A stretch of 64,000 nucleotides of DNA from Gemmatimonadota bacterium (GTDB lineage Bacteria; Gemmatimonadota; Gemmatimonadetes; Longimicrobiales; Gaopeijiaceae). Position numbers and translations under genes: made by a program. The stretch covers positions 128,001-192,000 of the forward strand of contig JBDHHQ010000013.1 of assembly GCA_039589315.1 (NCBI GenBank), in the 5' to 3' direction. Below are positions 9,519 through 19,090 of the stretch, piece after piece. Position 1 is the stretch's first letter, and each line of letters begins with the position of its first letter. The notes below the pieces were generated by a model. That model saw nothing but the letters and a program-made list of their open reading frames with translations, was not told the origin of the DNA and searched no databases.

Positions 9519-11507
9519 TCAGGTGGCCGGAACCTGGGCGGCCAGGAACGCAGGGTCCAGGCGACTGAAGCCGATATCGTCCACGACGATCTCGCCGGTT
9601 ACCGAGCGGTCGAACACAATGCGAACGTGCGTCAGCGCCGTCAGGTCCAGGCCGGGCGTGGTCCGGAGGAACTCGGCCGTAGGCACCGAGAAGCCCTGCA
9701 GAACCAACTCCCACGGCTCGTCGAAGCGGGCCCTCTCCTGATCGCCGCGGCGAAGGATGCGCATCTCGAGCGGCCGTCGCAGAGGTCCGTAGCGGCTCAA
9801 GGCCAGCCTGGCCGTGCGGCCTCCGGCGTCCCCCAGCTCCACGGTCACGTCGACCGGCTCTTTGGCGCCGCCGTCCGGCTCGGTCCAGTCGCCGGTCCCG
9901 TCCGCCTCGCGCTGCCGCTCCTGGTCCGCTCCACGCGAGGACCCCCTCGGGGACGGAATCCGGGGCGTGGCCGCCACCGACAGGTCCAGGGTCCACTCCG
10001 ACCCCACGCCCCACTCCCGCGCCAGCCCGGCGGGCAACGTAATCGTGAAGCTCCCCGGCTCCCCCAGCTCGTCGTCGGGACGGTCCTGCATCCTTCGGTT
10101 CCATCCCAACCACACCGCCTGGTTCTCCTGCGACGCCGACGTATTCGTCCGATTGCTGGACCGAAGCGCCAGCCGTCCTTCCCTCCAGGTCTCGAGCGAG
10201 TCCGCGGCGAGCGTGACCCCGACGGCCGATCCGGTCGTCACGTCGATGTCCTCCTCGAAGTCGGCCAGGGACCGGAAGGAGGCCGGCTGGAAACGGGTCA
10301 CGTACATGGTCTCCGGCAGCCAGCCGCCGATGACCCGGTGGTCCCGGAAGATGGGCAGATAGCGTTCATCCTCGTGGAGCGTCGCTTCCAGAAAAGCCGT
10401 GATGTAGATCCGAGCGAAATCGCGCTGCTCTTCGGGCTCGAGCAGCGCCCGCAGGTCCAGAATCCGCGAGCTGCGTGGACCGTTGTCGTGGGCTCCCCAG
10501 ACCTCGTTCCATTGGCCGTGGTTGGCTCGGTACACGTAGACGGACGCCTTGAACAGGTTTGAGCCCGGGTCGGTGTAGGATACCCGGTGCCATTGCCGCA
10601 GGCCGTGGAAGCTGGTGACATCGCCGTCGTGGGAACCGTGGAAGACCAGGTAGTTCACATCCTCCACCGGGACCCTGCGACCGGTGGGCAGGTACTGGCC
10701 GTCCACCGGGGCAATGGCCACGACCGCCCGGATCCCGAAGTCGAAGTCGAACTCCAGGCTGGCATCGTCCGGGTAGTGGCGTAGGCGATTGAAGGCCGCG
10801 GCGTGGCCGACGGCCTCCCCTCCCCGGGAGTGCCCCATGATGGCGATGCGATCCATGGCGACACGCCCATGGAAGGGATTGTCCGGATCTTCGTTGAATC
10901 CCCGCCACGCCTCCAGATGCTTGAGCAGCAGCCAGCCGCGGCCGTCGTTCTCCTCACGAACGCTGCCGTTGACGAAGTTCATGTCGATGGAGGCCAGGAT
11001 GAAGCCCCGGCTGGCGAGGAGCCGGCCCAGGTAGGCGTAGCCCGGGTCGGAGTAGTCCTTCATATCGTGGTTCCCGTGAACGATGAGAGCCAGGGGGAAA
11101 GGCCCCTCCCCCTTCGGATACCACACGCGGGCGTTCAACGGAAAGCTGTCCGGCGAGAAGCCCCAGTACCGGTTCCGCTCGTCTTCGTCGTAGCGGGTGA
11201 GATCCACCAGCTTGGAAGCGTCCACCGCGGGTGTCCGGAACGCCACCGAGTCCCGGAACTCGAGCCGGCGGCGGTCGGTGCCGGAGCCGTAGTAGAGGGC
11301 CCCCACTGCGTAGTGGCCCGAATCGGCCGGGTGAGGGACGTCCAGCACCTGGTGGGCCAGGACGTCCTGGTGATCGCTCTCGGTCAGGCGAAGCGCGCCC
11401 CGGCAGGCCCCCAACGCCACCGCGAACGCCGCCGCGCAGACAGCCAGGCCCCTCGCCTCGAGCCTTCCCGAGGTCCGGCGGCCGCGCCCGCGCACCGAGG
11501 ACGTCAC
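9519..11507 (-). CDS. Alpha/beta hydrolase lipoprotein (chlorophyllase/dienelactone hydrolase-like)
   Basis: Lipobox LGAC; PLALIVHGNH; GYAYLGRLLASRGF; nucleophile elbow GHSRGG; HGSHDGDV; ANHGQWN; start approximate. Confidence 0.8.
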   Translation of the reverse strand: MTSSVRGRGRRTSGRLEARGLAVCAAAFAVALGACRGALRLTESDHQDVLAHQVLDVPHPADSGHYAVGALYYGSGTDRRRLEFRDSVAFRTPAVDASKLVDLTRYDEDERNRYWGFSPDSFPLNARVWYPKGEGPFPLALIVHGNHDMKDYSDPGYAYLGRLLASRGFILASIDMNFVNGSVREENDGRGWLLLKHLEAWRGFNEDPDNPFHGRVAMDRIAIMGHSRGGEAVGHAAAFNRLRHYPDDASLEFDFDFGIRAVVAIAPVDGQYLPTGRRVPVEDVNYLVFHGSHDGDVTSFHGLRQWHRVSYTDPGSNLFKASVYVYRANHGQWNEVWGAHDNGPRSSRILDLRALLEPEEQRDFARIYITAFLEATLHEDERYLPIFRDHRVIGGWLPETMYVTRFQPASFRSLADFEEDIDVTTGSAVGVTLAADSLETWREGRLALRSSNRTNTSASQENQAVWLGWNRRMQDRPDDELGEPGSFTITLPAGLAREWGVGSEWTLDLSVAATPRIPSPRGSSRGADQERQREADGTGDWTEPDGGAKEPVDVTVELGDAGGRTARLALSRYGPLRRPLEMRILRRGDQERARFDEPWELVLQGFSVPTAEFLRTTPGLDLTALTHVRIVFDRSVTGEIVVDDIGFSRLDPAFLAAQVPAT

Positions 11508-11511
11508 TCTC

Positions 11512-12006
11512 CTATTCCGCGTCGCTCCGAGCACTGAGCTTCTCGTCCAGCATGAGAAGCACGGCGCTGTCATCGCCGATCATCTTCAGCTGCTCGATCA
11601 CCAGACCGGAGCTGGCCTCCTCCTCGACCTGCTCGTTGATGAACCACTGGAGCTGCATCTGCGTGGGGTAGTCAGCCTTCTCCATCGCAAGGGCGTACAG
11701 GTCGTTGATGGATCGAGTCACCTTGCGCTCATGCTCCAGGGCGGCCTCGAAGATCGAGAGGGGGGAGCCGAACGAGGATGGCGGCTGCCCGACGCCCTGC
11801 AACTCCACCGGCTCGCCACGCTCGAGCAAGTAGTCGAAGAGCCTCATGGCATGCACCAGCTCCTCCTGTGCCTGGAGACGCATCCAGTGTGCGAATCCCT
11901 CGAGGCTGTGGTTGCTAAAATGCGCGGACATGGCCAGGTAGAGGTAGGCAGCGGCGAGCTCGCTCTTGATCTGGTCGTTGATGGCTGCTCGGACCGAGGT
12001 GTCCAT
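11512..12006 (-). CDS. ftnA: Non-heme ferritin
   Basis: AINDQIKSELAAAYLYLAMS..QAQEELVHAMRLFDYL..EHERKVT..LQWFINEQVEEE ferroxidase residues. Confidence 0.93.
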   Translation of the reverse strand: MDTSVRAAINDQIKSELAAAYLYLAMSAHFSNHSLEGFAHWMRLQAQEELVHAMRLFDYLLERGEPVELQGVGQPPSSFGSPLSIFEAALEHERKVTRSINDLYALAMEKADYPTQMQLQWFINEQVEEEASSGLVIEQLKMIGDDSAVLLMLDEKLSARSDAE

Positions 12007-12123
12007 GTGGCTTTCTCCACGTCGAGATTGGGTTCCCTGGCTGGGACGGGTGGCCAATATACTGCCGATGGCCGGGCCAGGTAGTGTGAGACGGGATCGG
12101 GGATGGGGCCCCGCTTCCTGAAA

Positions 12124-12148
12124 GGAACCTTTCGGATGCGGCGACGTA
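12124..12148 (+). promoter_or_regulatory. Candidate ECF sigma promoter (GGAAC-N16-CGTA) upstream of the MoxR/VWA operon
   Basis: GGAAC CTTTCGGATGCGGCGA CGTA; resembles the ECF -35 AAC / -10 CGT consensus. Confidence 0.35.
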
Positions 12149-12251
12149 CCGGAAGATCCCACCCCGATTGCTGAAGACAGGCCAAGCCGGAGCTATCCGG
12201 CGACGGCTCCCTCGACAGAACGGTTCCCTTCGAGCGGGGAGTGAGAAACGG

Positions 12252-13088
12252 GTGCGATCCCTGAAGCCGTGGACGGTAGGCGTGGCGGTGCTCTGTGGCG
12301 TGGGCGTGGTGTCATCCACGCCTCCGGGCACCGGCGTGTCCCCAGCTTCCCACCCGCCCGCTGGGGGTAGCGCCACATTCCTCGGCGTGGAACCTGGTGC
12401 GGCCGCGCAGGGACCCGACGTGCCCCGCGAGTTCTACTTCTCCCGGGTCGCCTACACCGGGTACGGCCGAGGCTACTACGGCCGCGGCCGCTCGTGGTCG
12501 GTGGACTTTCCCAAGGCGGACCGGCAGTTCCTGGTCGTCCTGAAGCGTCTCGTCAATCTGGACATCTACGACATGGAGCACCCCGTGACCCTGGAAGACC
12601 CGGGGGTGCGGCGCTTTCCCTTCCTGTACGCTCTGGAGGTGGGCGGTATGGCCCTCACCCCGCCCGAGGTGCAGGGACTCCGGGATTACCTCCTGGCAGG
12701 CGGATTCCTGGTCATCGACGACTTCTGGGGAACCTGGGAGTGGGAGAACTTCGAGTCTGAGATTCGTCGTGTGCTACCGGAGTACCCGATCGTGGAGCTG
12801 GACCTGGAGCACCCGCTCTTCTCGTCCTTCTACGACATCGAGGAGATCCTCCAGGTCCCGGGCAGGGGCCGTGGCCGGCGCGGCGGCCCGACGTGGGAGA
12901 GAGACGGGTACGAGCCGCATGTGCGGGGCATCTACGACACCGAGGGTCGATTGATGGTCGTGATCAACTGGAACACGGACCTCGGCGACGCCTGGGAGTG
13001 GGCCGAGGATCCGTTCTACCCGCTACGGTATTCGACCTACGCCTACGAGATGGGCGTGAACCTGATCGTCTACGCGATGAGCCACTAG
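12252..13088 (+). CDS. DUF4159 domain protein (exported), copy 1
   Basis: FYFSRVAY..WSVDFPKADRQF..FPFLYALEVG..LRDYLLAGGFLVIDDFWG..HPLFSSFYDI..NTDLGDAWEW..GVNLIVYAMSH; start GTG 12252 (ORF open from 12168). Confidence 0.88.
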   Translation: MRSLKPWTVGVAVLCGVGVVSSTPPGTGVSPASHPPAGGSATFLGVEPGAAAQGPDVPREFYFSRVAYTGYGRGYYGRGRSWSVDFPKADRQFLVVLKRLVNLDIYDMEHPVTLEDPGVRRFPFLYALEVGGMALTPPEVQGLRDYLLAGGFLVIDDFWGTWEWENFESEIRRVLPEYPIVELDLEHPLFSSFYDIEEILQVPGRGRGRRGGPTWERDGYEPHVRGIYDTEGRLMVVINWNTDLGDAWEWAEDPFYPLRYSTYAYEMGVNLIVYAMSH

Positions 13089-13134
13089 CTGCACGCCGGC
13101 CGGCGCCCTCGCAGGGGGGTGCGACCCGGGCCGG

Positions 13135-15441
13135 ATGGGGGCGAAGAAGTTGTCGGAATCGGTGTTCGAGTTCCTCTTCAAGTACCGGCGCGTCCTGTTT
13201 GCCGAGGGCGAGCTCGGCTTTGCCACGCCCTGGCCCGTCGTTCTGCCGGTGACCGCGGGGCTCGTCGTGGCGGCCCTGGCCGTGGTCACGTACGCACGAG
13301 CCGGAGGGCGCACGACCGCGGCTGATCGGGTGGTCCTGGCGGCGCTTCGGGTTGCTGCCCTGGCCCTCATCGTGGTCCTGCTACTCCGGCCCGTTCTCGT
13401 GCTGACGTCCGTGGTCCCGCAACGCAACTTCCTGGCTGTGCTCGTAGACGACTCCCGCAGCATGGCCGTGGCCGACGTGGACGGAACGTCGCGAGGTCAA
13501 TTCGCCCGCGCGCAGCTCGATGCCGCGGAGGGCCCGCTTCTCCAGGCGTTGCAGGAACGCTTCGCCGTCCGCCTGTTCCGCTTCGCCGACTCGCCGGAGC
13601 GCATGGCCGACGTGACAGAGTTGAGCTTTCAGGGGAGCGGCACCCACCTGGCCCCTGCACTCACGCGGGCCTACGAGGACCTGGCAGGGGTCCCGCTCTC
13701 GGGTCTGGTCGTCGTCTCGGACGGAGCGGACACCTCCGAGGAGCCGTTGGCGGAGGCGCTGTTGCCCCTCCAGGCCGCCGGAGTGCCGGTCTTCACCGTG
13801 GGCCTGGGTGACGAGGCGCTCACCCCGGACGTTCAGCTCGGTAGAGTCGACACGCCTCCGGTCGCCCTCCTGGGCACGACGCTGGTCGTGGACGTGGTAC
13901 TCGAGGGCAGGGGGTTCGGTGGACAGACGGCGTCGGTCCTGGTCGAGGACGACAGCCGCCTTCTGGCGTCCAGGGAGGTGGAGCTGAGCGGCCGGGGCGA
14001 GCCGGTCCTGACGCAGCTGAGCTTCACGCTGGAAGAGGCCGGTCCGAGGAGGCTCCGGTTCAGCGTGCCGCCGCTGCCCGGGGAACGGGTCGAGCGGAAC
14101 AACGTGCGCGAGCTGCTCATCGACGTACGCGACCAGCGAGAGAAGATCCTCTACTTCGAGGGCGAGCCCCGCTTCGAGGTCAAGTTCATCCGCCGCGCGG
14201 TGGCGGAGGACGAGAACCTGCGCGTCGTGGTACTCCAGCGCACCGCCGAGAACAAGTTCCTGCGGCTGGACGTGGACGACGCCGAAGAGCTGGCCGGGGG
14301 TTTCCCGCGAACGCGAGAGGAGCTGTTCCGCTACAAGGGACTCATCCTCGGGAGCGTCGAAGCCAGCTTCTTCACCCACGATCAGCTCAACATGATCGCC
14401 GACTTCGTCAGCCAACGTGGTGGCGGGCTCCTGGCACTCGGCGGTCGCCGATCGTTCGGAGAGGGAGGCTACGCGGGCACCCCGGTGGCCGAGGTCCTTC
14501 CGGTCGTGGTGCCCGACGTGCCGGTGGGCCCGGCGTCGGAGTTCTTCGCGGAGCTACAGGTGGCGCCCACCCGGTCGGGACTCTCCCACGCGGTGACGCA
14601 GCTGGCCGAGGACGAGGACGCGGCCCGGAGCCGGTGGGCGGAGCTGCCCCCCCTGTCCACGCGGAACCGACTGGGCGAGTTGAAGCCGGGGGCTACCGCG
14701 CTTCTTCTCGGCCAGGTCGAGGACGGTCCGTCCGACCACCCCGTACTGGCCTTTCAGCGGTACGGCCGCGGCATGGCGCTGTCATTGGCGGTCCAGGACG
14801 TGTGGACCTGGCAGATGCACGCCAGCATCCCGCTGGAAGACATGACCCACGAAACGCTGTGGCGACAGCTGCTGCGTTGGGTCGTGGACGGCGTGCCCGA
14901 GATCGTCACCGTTACGGCCGACCCAGAGCGGATGGAGCCCGGGCGGCCGGTCACCATTACCGCCGAAGTCGCCGACTCGGGCTTCTTCGAGGTGAACGAC
15001 GGCACGGTTAGCGCCACGGTGACCCTGCCGTCAGGAGACACCCTGGGCCTTCCGCTGGATTGGACCGTCGAGCGGGACGGCGAATACAGCGCCACGTTCA
15101 CGGCACCCGAAGAGGGCCTGCACGAGGTGCGCGTCACGGCCAGCCGGGCCGGGCAGCACCTCGGGTCGGGGGACGCGTTCTTCGCGGCGGCCCCCTCCGA
15201 CGCCGAGTTCTTCGACGCCGGCATGCGGGCGCCCCTGCTACGCCGGGTGGCCGAAGACACGGGCGGGCGGTTCTACACGCCCGAGACGCTCGGCACGCTG
15301 CCGGAGGATATCACCTACACCGGCAGTGGCGTGACCCTGACCGAGGAGCGCGACCTCTGGGACATGCCCGCCGCTCTGATCCTCCTCGTCCTGCTGGTGG
15401 CGGCCGAGTGGACCTACCGCCGTGCCCGGGGCCTCGCGTGA
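13135..15441 (+). CDS. Membrane protein with VWA-like MIDAS and GATase1-like domain (MoxR operon component)
   Basis: N-terminal TM helices; VLVDDSRSM (DxSxS); VVSDG; ILYFEGEPRFEVKFIRR; GGGLLALGGRRSF; C-terminal TM AAEWTYRRARGL. Confidence 0.82.
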   Translation: MGAKKLSESVFEFLFKYRRVLFAEGELGFATPWPVVLPVTAGLVVAALAVVTYARAGGRTTAADRVVLAALRVAALALIVVLLLRPVLVLTSVVPQRNFLAVLVDDSRSMAVADVDGTSRGQFARAQLDAAEGPLLQALQERFAVRLFRFADSPERMADVTELSFQGSGTHLAPALTRAYEDLAGVPLSGLVVVSDGADTSEEPLAEALLPLQAAGVPVFTVGLGDEALTPDVQLGRVDTPPVALLGTTLVVDVVLEGRGFGGQTASVLVEDDSRLLASREVELSGRGEPVLTQLSFTLEEAGPRRLRFSVPPLPGERVERNNVRELLIDVRDQREKILYFEGEPRFEVKFIRRAVAEDENLRVVVLQRTAENKFLRLDVDDAEELAGGFPRTREELFRYKGLILGSVEASFFTHDQLNMIADFVSQRGGGLLALGGRRSFGEGGYAGTPVAEVLPVVVPDVPVGPASEFFAELQVAPTRSGLSHAVTQLAEDEDAARSRWAELPPLSTRNRLGELKPGATALLLGQVEDGPSDHPVLAFQRYGRGMALSLAVQDVWTWQMHASIPLEDMTHETLWRQLLRWVVDGVPEIVTVTADPERMEPGRPVTITAEVADSGFFEVNDGTVSATVTLPSGDTLGLPLDWTVERDGEYSATFTAPEEGLHEVRVTASRAGQHLGSGDAFFAAAPSDAEFFDAGMRAPLLRRVAEDTGGRFYTPETLGTLPEDITYTGSGVTLTEERDLWDMPAALILLVLLVAAEWTYRRARGLA

Positions 15442-16430
15442 GGCGCCTCGCCCTGGCTGCTGCCCTGCTGCTGGTGAGCGTCCCCGTCCACGCGCAGCAG
15501 ACCCACCTGCTGGTGGTGGTGGGACTCGGCGGTGACGACGCCTACCGGGAACGCTTTCATGGTTGGGCCAGCCGCCTGGTGGACGCAGCCACCGGACGGT
15601 ACGGCGTGCCGGCCGACAACGTCCGGTACCTGGGCGAGAAGCCGGAGCTGGACCCGGAGCGCATCGCGGATCGGTCCACGCGCGACAACATCGAGGCGGC
15701 CGTCCGGGACGTGGCTCGGCGGGCCGGGCCCGCCGACGGCGTCATCATCGTCCTCATCGGGCACGGGACGGCGCGGGGTGAGGAGGCGCGCTTCAATCTG
15801 CCGGGACCGGACATGGCGCCCGCGGAGTTCGTGCCGCTCCTCGACGACATCTCGGCGCAGAAAGTGGCCTTCGTCAACACCGCCTCGGCCAGTGGAGCGT
15901 TCCTCGAGCCGCTCGCGGCCCCGGACCGGACCGTGATCACCGCCACGGGGACCGCCCGGGAGCAGAACGAGACCGTCTTCGGGGGCTACTTCGTCGAGGC
16001 GTTCGACGGAGAGGACGCCGACCTGGACAAGAACGGCCGCGTATCGATACTCGAGGCGTTTCAGTACGCCAGCCAGGAGGTCGAGCGGTACTACGAGGAC
16101 GAAGGACTCCTCATGACGGAGCACGCTCGGCTGGTGGACGACTGGCAGGGCATCGGCGAGCCGGAAGCGATCACGGAGGGCGCCGAAGTCCGCGTCGCGC
16201 GCTCCTTCTTCCTTACGGGCCAGGCAGGCACCGGTGCCACCACCGCCGCCGTCACGCCGGAGCTGGCCGCCCTCTACCAGCGGCGCGACAGCCTCGAGAC
16301 CCGGGTGCGCGAGCTCCGCGCCGTCGAGGAAAGCCTGGAGCCCGACGAGTACGAGCGGCGCCTCGAAGACCTGCTCGTGGAGATGGGGCTGGTAAGCCGC
16401 CAGATCCGCGAGCTCGAGGGTCGGCCGTGA
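15438..16430 (+). CDS. Exported caspase/C13-fold-like protein with C-terminal coiled coil
   Basis: GTG overlaps upstream TGA; signal peptide ..VHA-Q; VIIVLIGHG; FVNTASASG; ADLDKNGRVSILEAFQYA. Confidence 0.72.
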   Translation: MRRLALAAALLLVSVPVHAQQTHLLVVVGLGGDDAYRERFHGWASRLVDAATGRYGVPADNVRYLGEKPELDPERIADRSTRDNIEAAVRDVARRAGPADGVIIVLIGHGTARGEEARFNLPGPDMAPAEFVPLLDDISAQKVAFVNTASASGAFLEPLAAPDRTVITATGTAREQNETVFGGYFVEAFDGEDADLDKNGRVSILEAFQYASQEVERYYEDEGLLMTEHARLVDDWQGIGEPEAITEGAEVRVARSFFLTGQAGTGATTAAVTPELAALYQRRDSLETRVRELRAVEESLEPDEYERRLEDLLVEMGLVSRQIRELEGRP

Positions 16431-19090
16431 GCGCCCGCCGAGTGGTCACGGGATCGGGTCGGGTGGGGCGGTTCTGCCTCGCCGCTGTGCTGGTAACTGC
16501 CGCCTGCGACACGGCCGGAGCGGCCCAGGCCCCCGACGATGCCGCAGAAGCCTTCCGGTCGGGAGAATACGCCCAGGCCATCTCGGCCTACCGGAGCCTG
16601 GTCCGTTCGGACGCCGCTCCGCCGGGCCATCACATCGGCCTCGTGCGCGCGCTGATGGCCGTAGGCCGCTACGAAGACGCCGAGGACGCTGCCCGGGACG
16701 GTGTGGGGCGACACGGCGCGGAGCTGCAGGGAACGCTGGGCCGCGCGCTCGACCGACAGGGCAAGACGCACGCAGCCGAAGCGGCGTTCACGGCCGCCAT
16801 CGAGGGTGGAGCCACGGACGCCAATGTGGCACGGCTCGACCGGGCCCTCCTGGATTTCCGGCGAGGCAGGCACGACGAGGCCATGGCGGAGTTCGACGCC
16901 TTCATCGACCTGTACAACGACGGCCTCGCCCGTAGCTCCGAGGACCTCACCGCCGTGGCGACCGCAGTCCGCCACCTCGGTGCGGACGATCCCGACCTGT
17001 TCCGCGACGCGCTGCGGGCGTACGACGAAGCGGTGGCCGCGGATCCCTGGAACCACGAGGCCCGGATCCTGACCGGAGAGCTGTTTCTCGAGAAGTACAA
17101 CGGCCCGGACGCGGGGGCCGCCTTCAGGGATGTCCTGACCGTCAACCCGAGCCATCCGGACGCCCTGGTGGGCCTGGCCCGTCTGCTACGGTTCGACGGT
17201 GAGTCCGGGGTGCGAGAGGCATTGGAGCAAGCCCTCCAGGTGAACCCTGGCCACGTCCCTGGCCGCGTGTTCCTGGCGAGCCTGCACCTGAGCGCCGAGC
17301 GCTACGACCAGGCCCAGGAGGAGGCGGAGCGAGCCCTCGAGGTGAACCCGGCGTCGCTGGAGGCCCGCTCGGTGCTCGCGGCCGCCCACTACCTGTCAGG
17401 CGATACCCCCCGGTTCGAGGACGTACGCCGCGAGACGTTCGAGTTGAACCCGCGGTACGCCGAGCTGCTCAATACGGTGGCGGATCTGGCGGTGGATCAG
17501 AGGCGGTACGCCCAGGCCGTGGAGCTGGCCCGGGAGGCCGTGAGCATGGACCCCCAGTCGTGGCGAGGCCTGGGCATCCTGGGCATCAACCTGCTGCGCC
17601 TCGGCCGCGTTGACGAGTCAAGGGAAGCCCTGGAGAAGGCCTTCGCCGGAGATCCGTTCAACGTCTGGTACAAGAACACCCTGGATCTGCTGGACACGTA
17701 CGACCGGTACGTGACGGTGGAGACCGAGCACTTCGCGATCTTCATGCGCGACGACGAGGCGGACCTGTTGGAGCCGTACGCCACGTCGGTGGCCGAGGAG
17801 GCCTACGCCAGGCTCGTGGCGCGCTACGGCTACGAACCGCCCACCCCGGTGCGACTGGAGCTGTACCCGAGCCACGCGGATTTCTCGGTGCGGACGGCCG
17901 GACTCGCCGGCATCGGCATTCTCGGGGTGAGCTTCGGGAGCGTCCTGGCCATGGACTCCCCCTCGGCCCGAGGGATCGGAGAGTTCAACTGGGGCTCGAC
18001 GCTGTGGCACGAGCTCGCGCACGCCTTCCACCTCGGCATGACCGAGCACCGCGTCCCGCGTTGGTTCTCCGAAGGACTGGCGGTCCGGGAGCAACGGCTC
18101 GCCCGGGTGGGGTGGGGCCACCAACCCGACGTGGCGTTCCTCCGAGCCTACGACGAGGGGCGCCTCCATCCCGTGAGCACCCTGAACGACGGATTCGTCC
18201 GGCCGAGCTATCCACAGCAGGTCGTGTTCTCGTACTATCAGGCGTCCCTGGTCTTCGAGATGATCGAGGCGGAGAGCGGCTTCGAGGCCGTGCTCGCGAT
18301 GCTTCGTGGATATCGGGACGGTCGCCAGACCGAGGCGCTGGTGGCGGAGGTCCTCGGCATGAGCATGGACGCCCTGGACGAGCGCTTCGACGCGTTCATG
18401 CAGCAGCGCTTCGGAGAGACCCTCTCCGCCGTACGTCCCCGGGACCTGGGGCCCGATCCGTCACGGGAGCGTCTGGAGCGTCATCTGGCGGACGACCCCA
18501 CCGACTTCACGGCCCACATGATCCTGGCCCGGCTCCTCGTGGGCGAGGGCGCCCCGGAGGCGGCGATTCCCCATCTGGAGGCGGCCCGGGAGCTCTTCCC
18601 CGCGCTCGGCGCTCCCGACGGACCGTCGTGGCAGCTCGGGAACATCCGGGAGGAGCTGGGAGACCTGGACCGGGCGGCCGACGAGTTCCGACAGGCGGCC
18701 CTCCGGAACGAGGGCCACTACGCGGCTGGGCTGGAGGAGGCCCGCCTGCGCCGGGAGCTGGGAGACCTGGACGGCGCCGTTGAGGCGCTGGACCGGGCCA
18801 TCCTGGTCCATCCATACGAGATCGAGGTCCACGAGGACCTGGCCGGAATGCTCGCAGAGACGGGCCAGTGGGAGCGCGCCGTCCGTGAGCGGAAAGCCGT
18901 CGTCGCGCTCGACCCGACGGACCGGGCCGCGGCTCTGTATCAGTTGGCCCGTGCTCACCACATGGCGGGCCACACCGACGAGGCCCGCCGGCAGGTCCTG
19001 GAAGCCCTCGAGGTGGCCCCCAGCTACGACGAGGCCCTGGAGCTCCTGCTGGAGATCCGGGCCGGTGCCGGCCCGAGGGGGAAGTCGTGA
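16427..19090 (+). CDS. TPR-repeat lipoprotein with central gluzincin (peptidase MA-like) domain
   Basis: Lipobox TAAC; many TPR-like helices; TLWHELAHAFH (HExxH) and downstream PRWFSEGLA. Confidence 0.85.
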   Translation: MSARRVVTGSGRVGRFCLAAVLVTAACDTAGAAQAPDDAAEAFRSGEYAQAISAYRSLVRSDAAPPGHHIGLVRALMAVGRYEDAEDAARDGVGRHGAELQGTLGRALDRQGKTHAAEAAFTAAIEGGATDANVARLDRALLDFRRGRHDEAMAEFDAFIDLYNDGLARSSEDLTAVATAVRHLGADDPDLFRDALRAYDEAVAADPWNHEARILTGELFLEKYNGPDAGAAFRDVLTVNPSHPDALVGLARLLRFDGESGVREALEQALQVNPGHVPGRVFLASLHLSAERYDQAQEEAERALEVNPASLEARSVLAAAHYLSGDTPRFEDVRRETFELNPRYAELLNTVADLAVDQRRYAQAVELAREAVSMDPQSWRGLGILGINLLRLGRVDESREALEKAFAGDPFNVWYKNTLDLLDTYDRYVTVETEHFAIFMRDDEADLLEPYATSVAEEAYARLVARYGYEPPTPVRLELYPSHADFSVRTAGLAGIGILGVSFGSVLAMDSPSARGIGEFNWGSTLWHELAHAFHLGMTEHRVPRWFSEGLAVREQRLARVGWGHQPDVAFLRAYDEGRLHPVSTLNDGFVRPSYPQQVVFSYYQASLVFEMIEAESGFEAVLAMLRGYRDGRQTEALVAEVLGMSMDALDERFDAFMQQRFGETLSAVRPRDLGPDPSRERLERHLADDPTDFTAHMILARLLVGEGAPEAAIPHLEAARELFPALGAPDGPSWQLGNIREELGDLDRAADEFRQAALRNEGHYAAGLEEARLRRELGDLDGAVEALDRAILVHPYEIEVHEDLAGMLAETGQWERAVRERKAVVALDPTDRAAALYQLARAHHMAGHTDEARRQVLEALEVAPSYDEALELLLEIRAGAGPRGKS

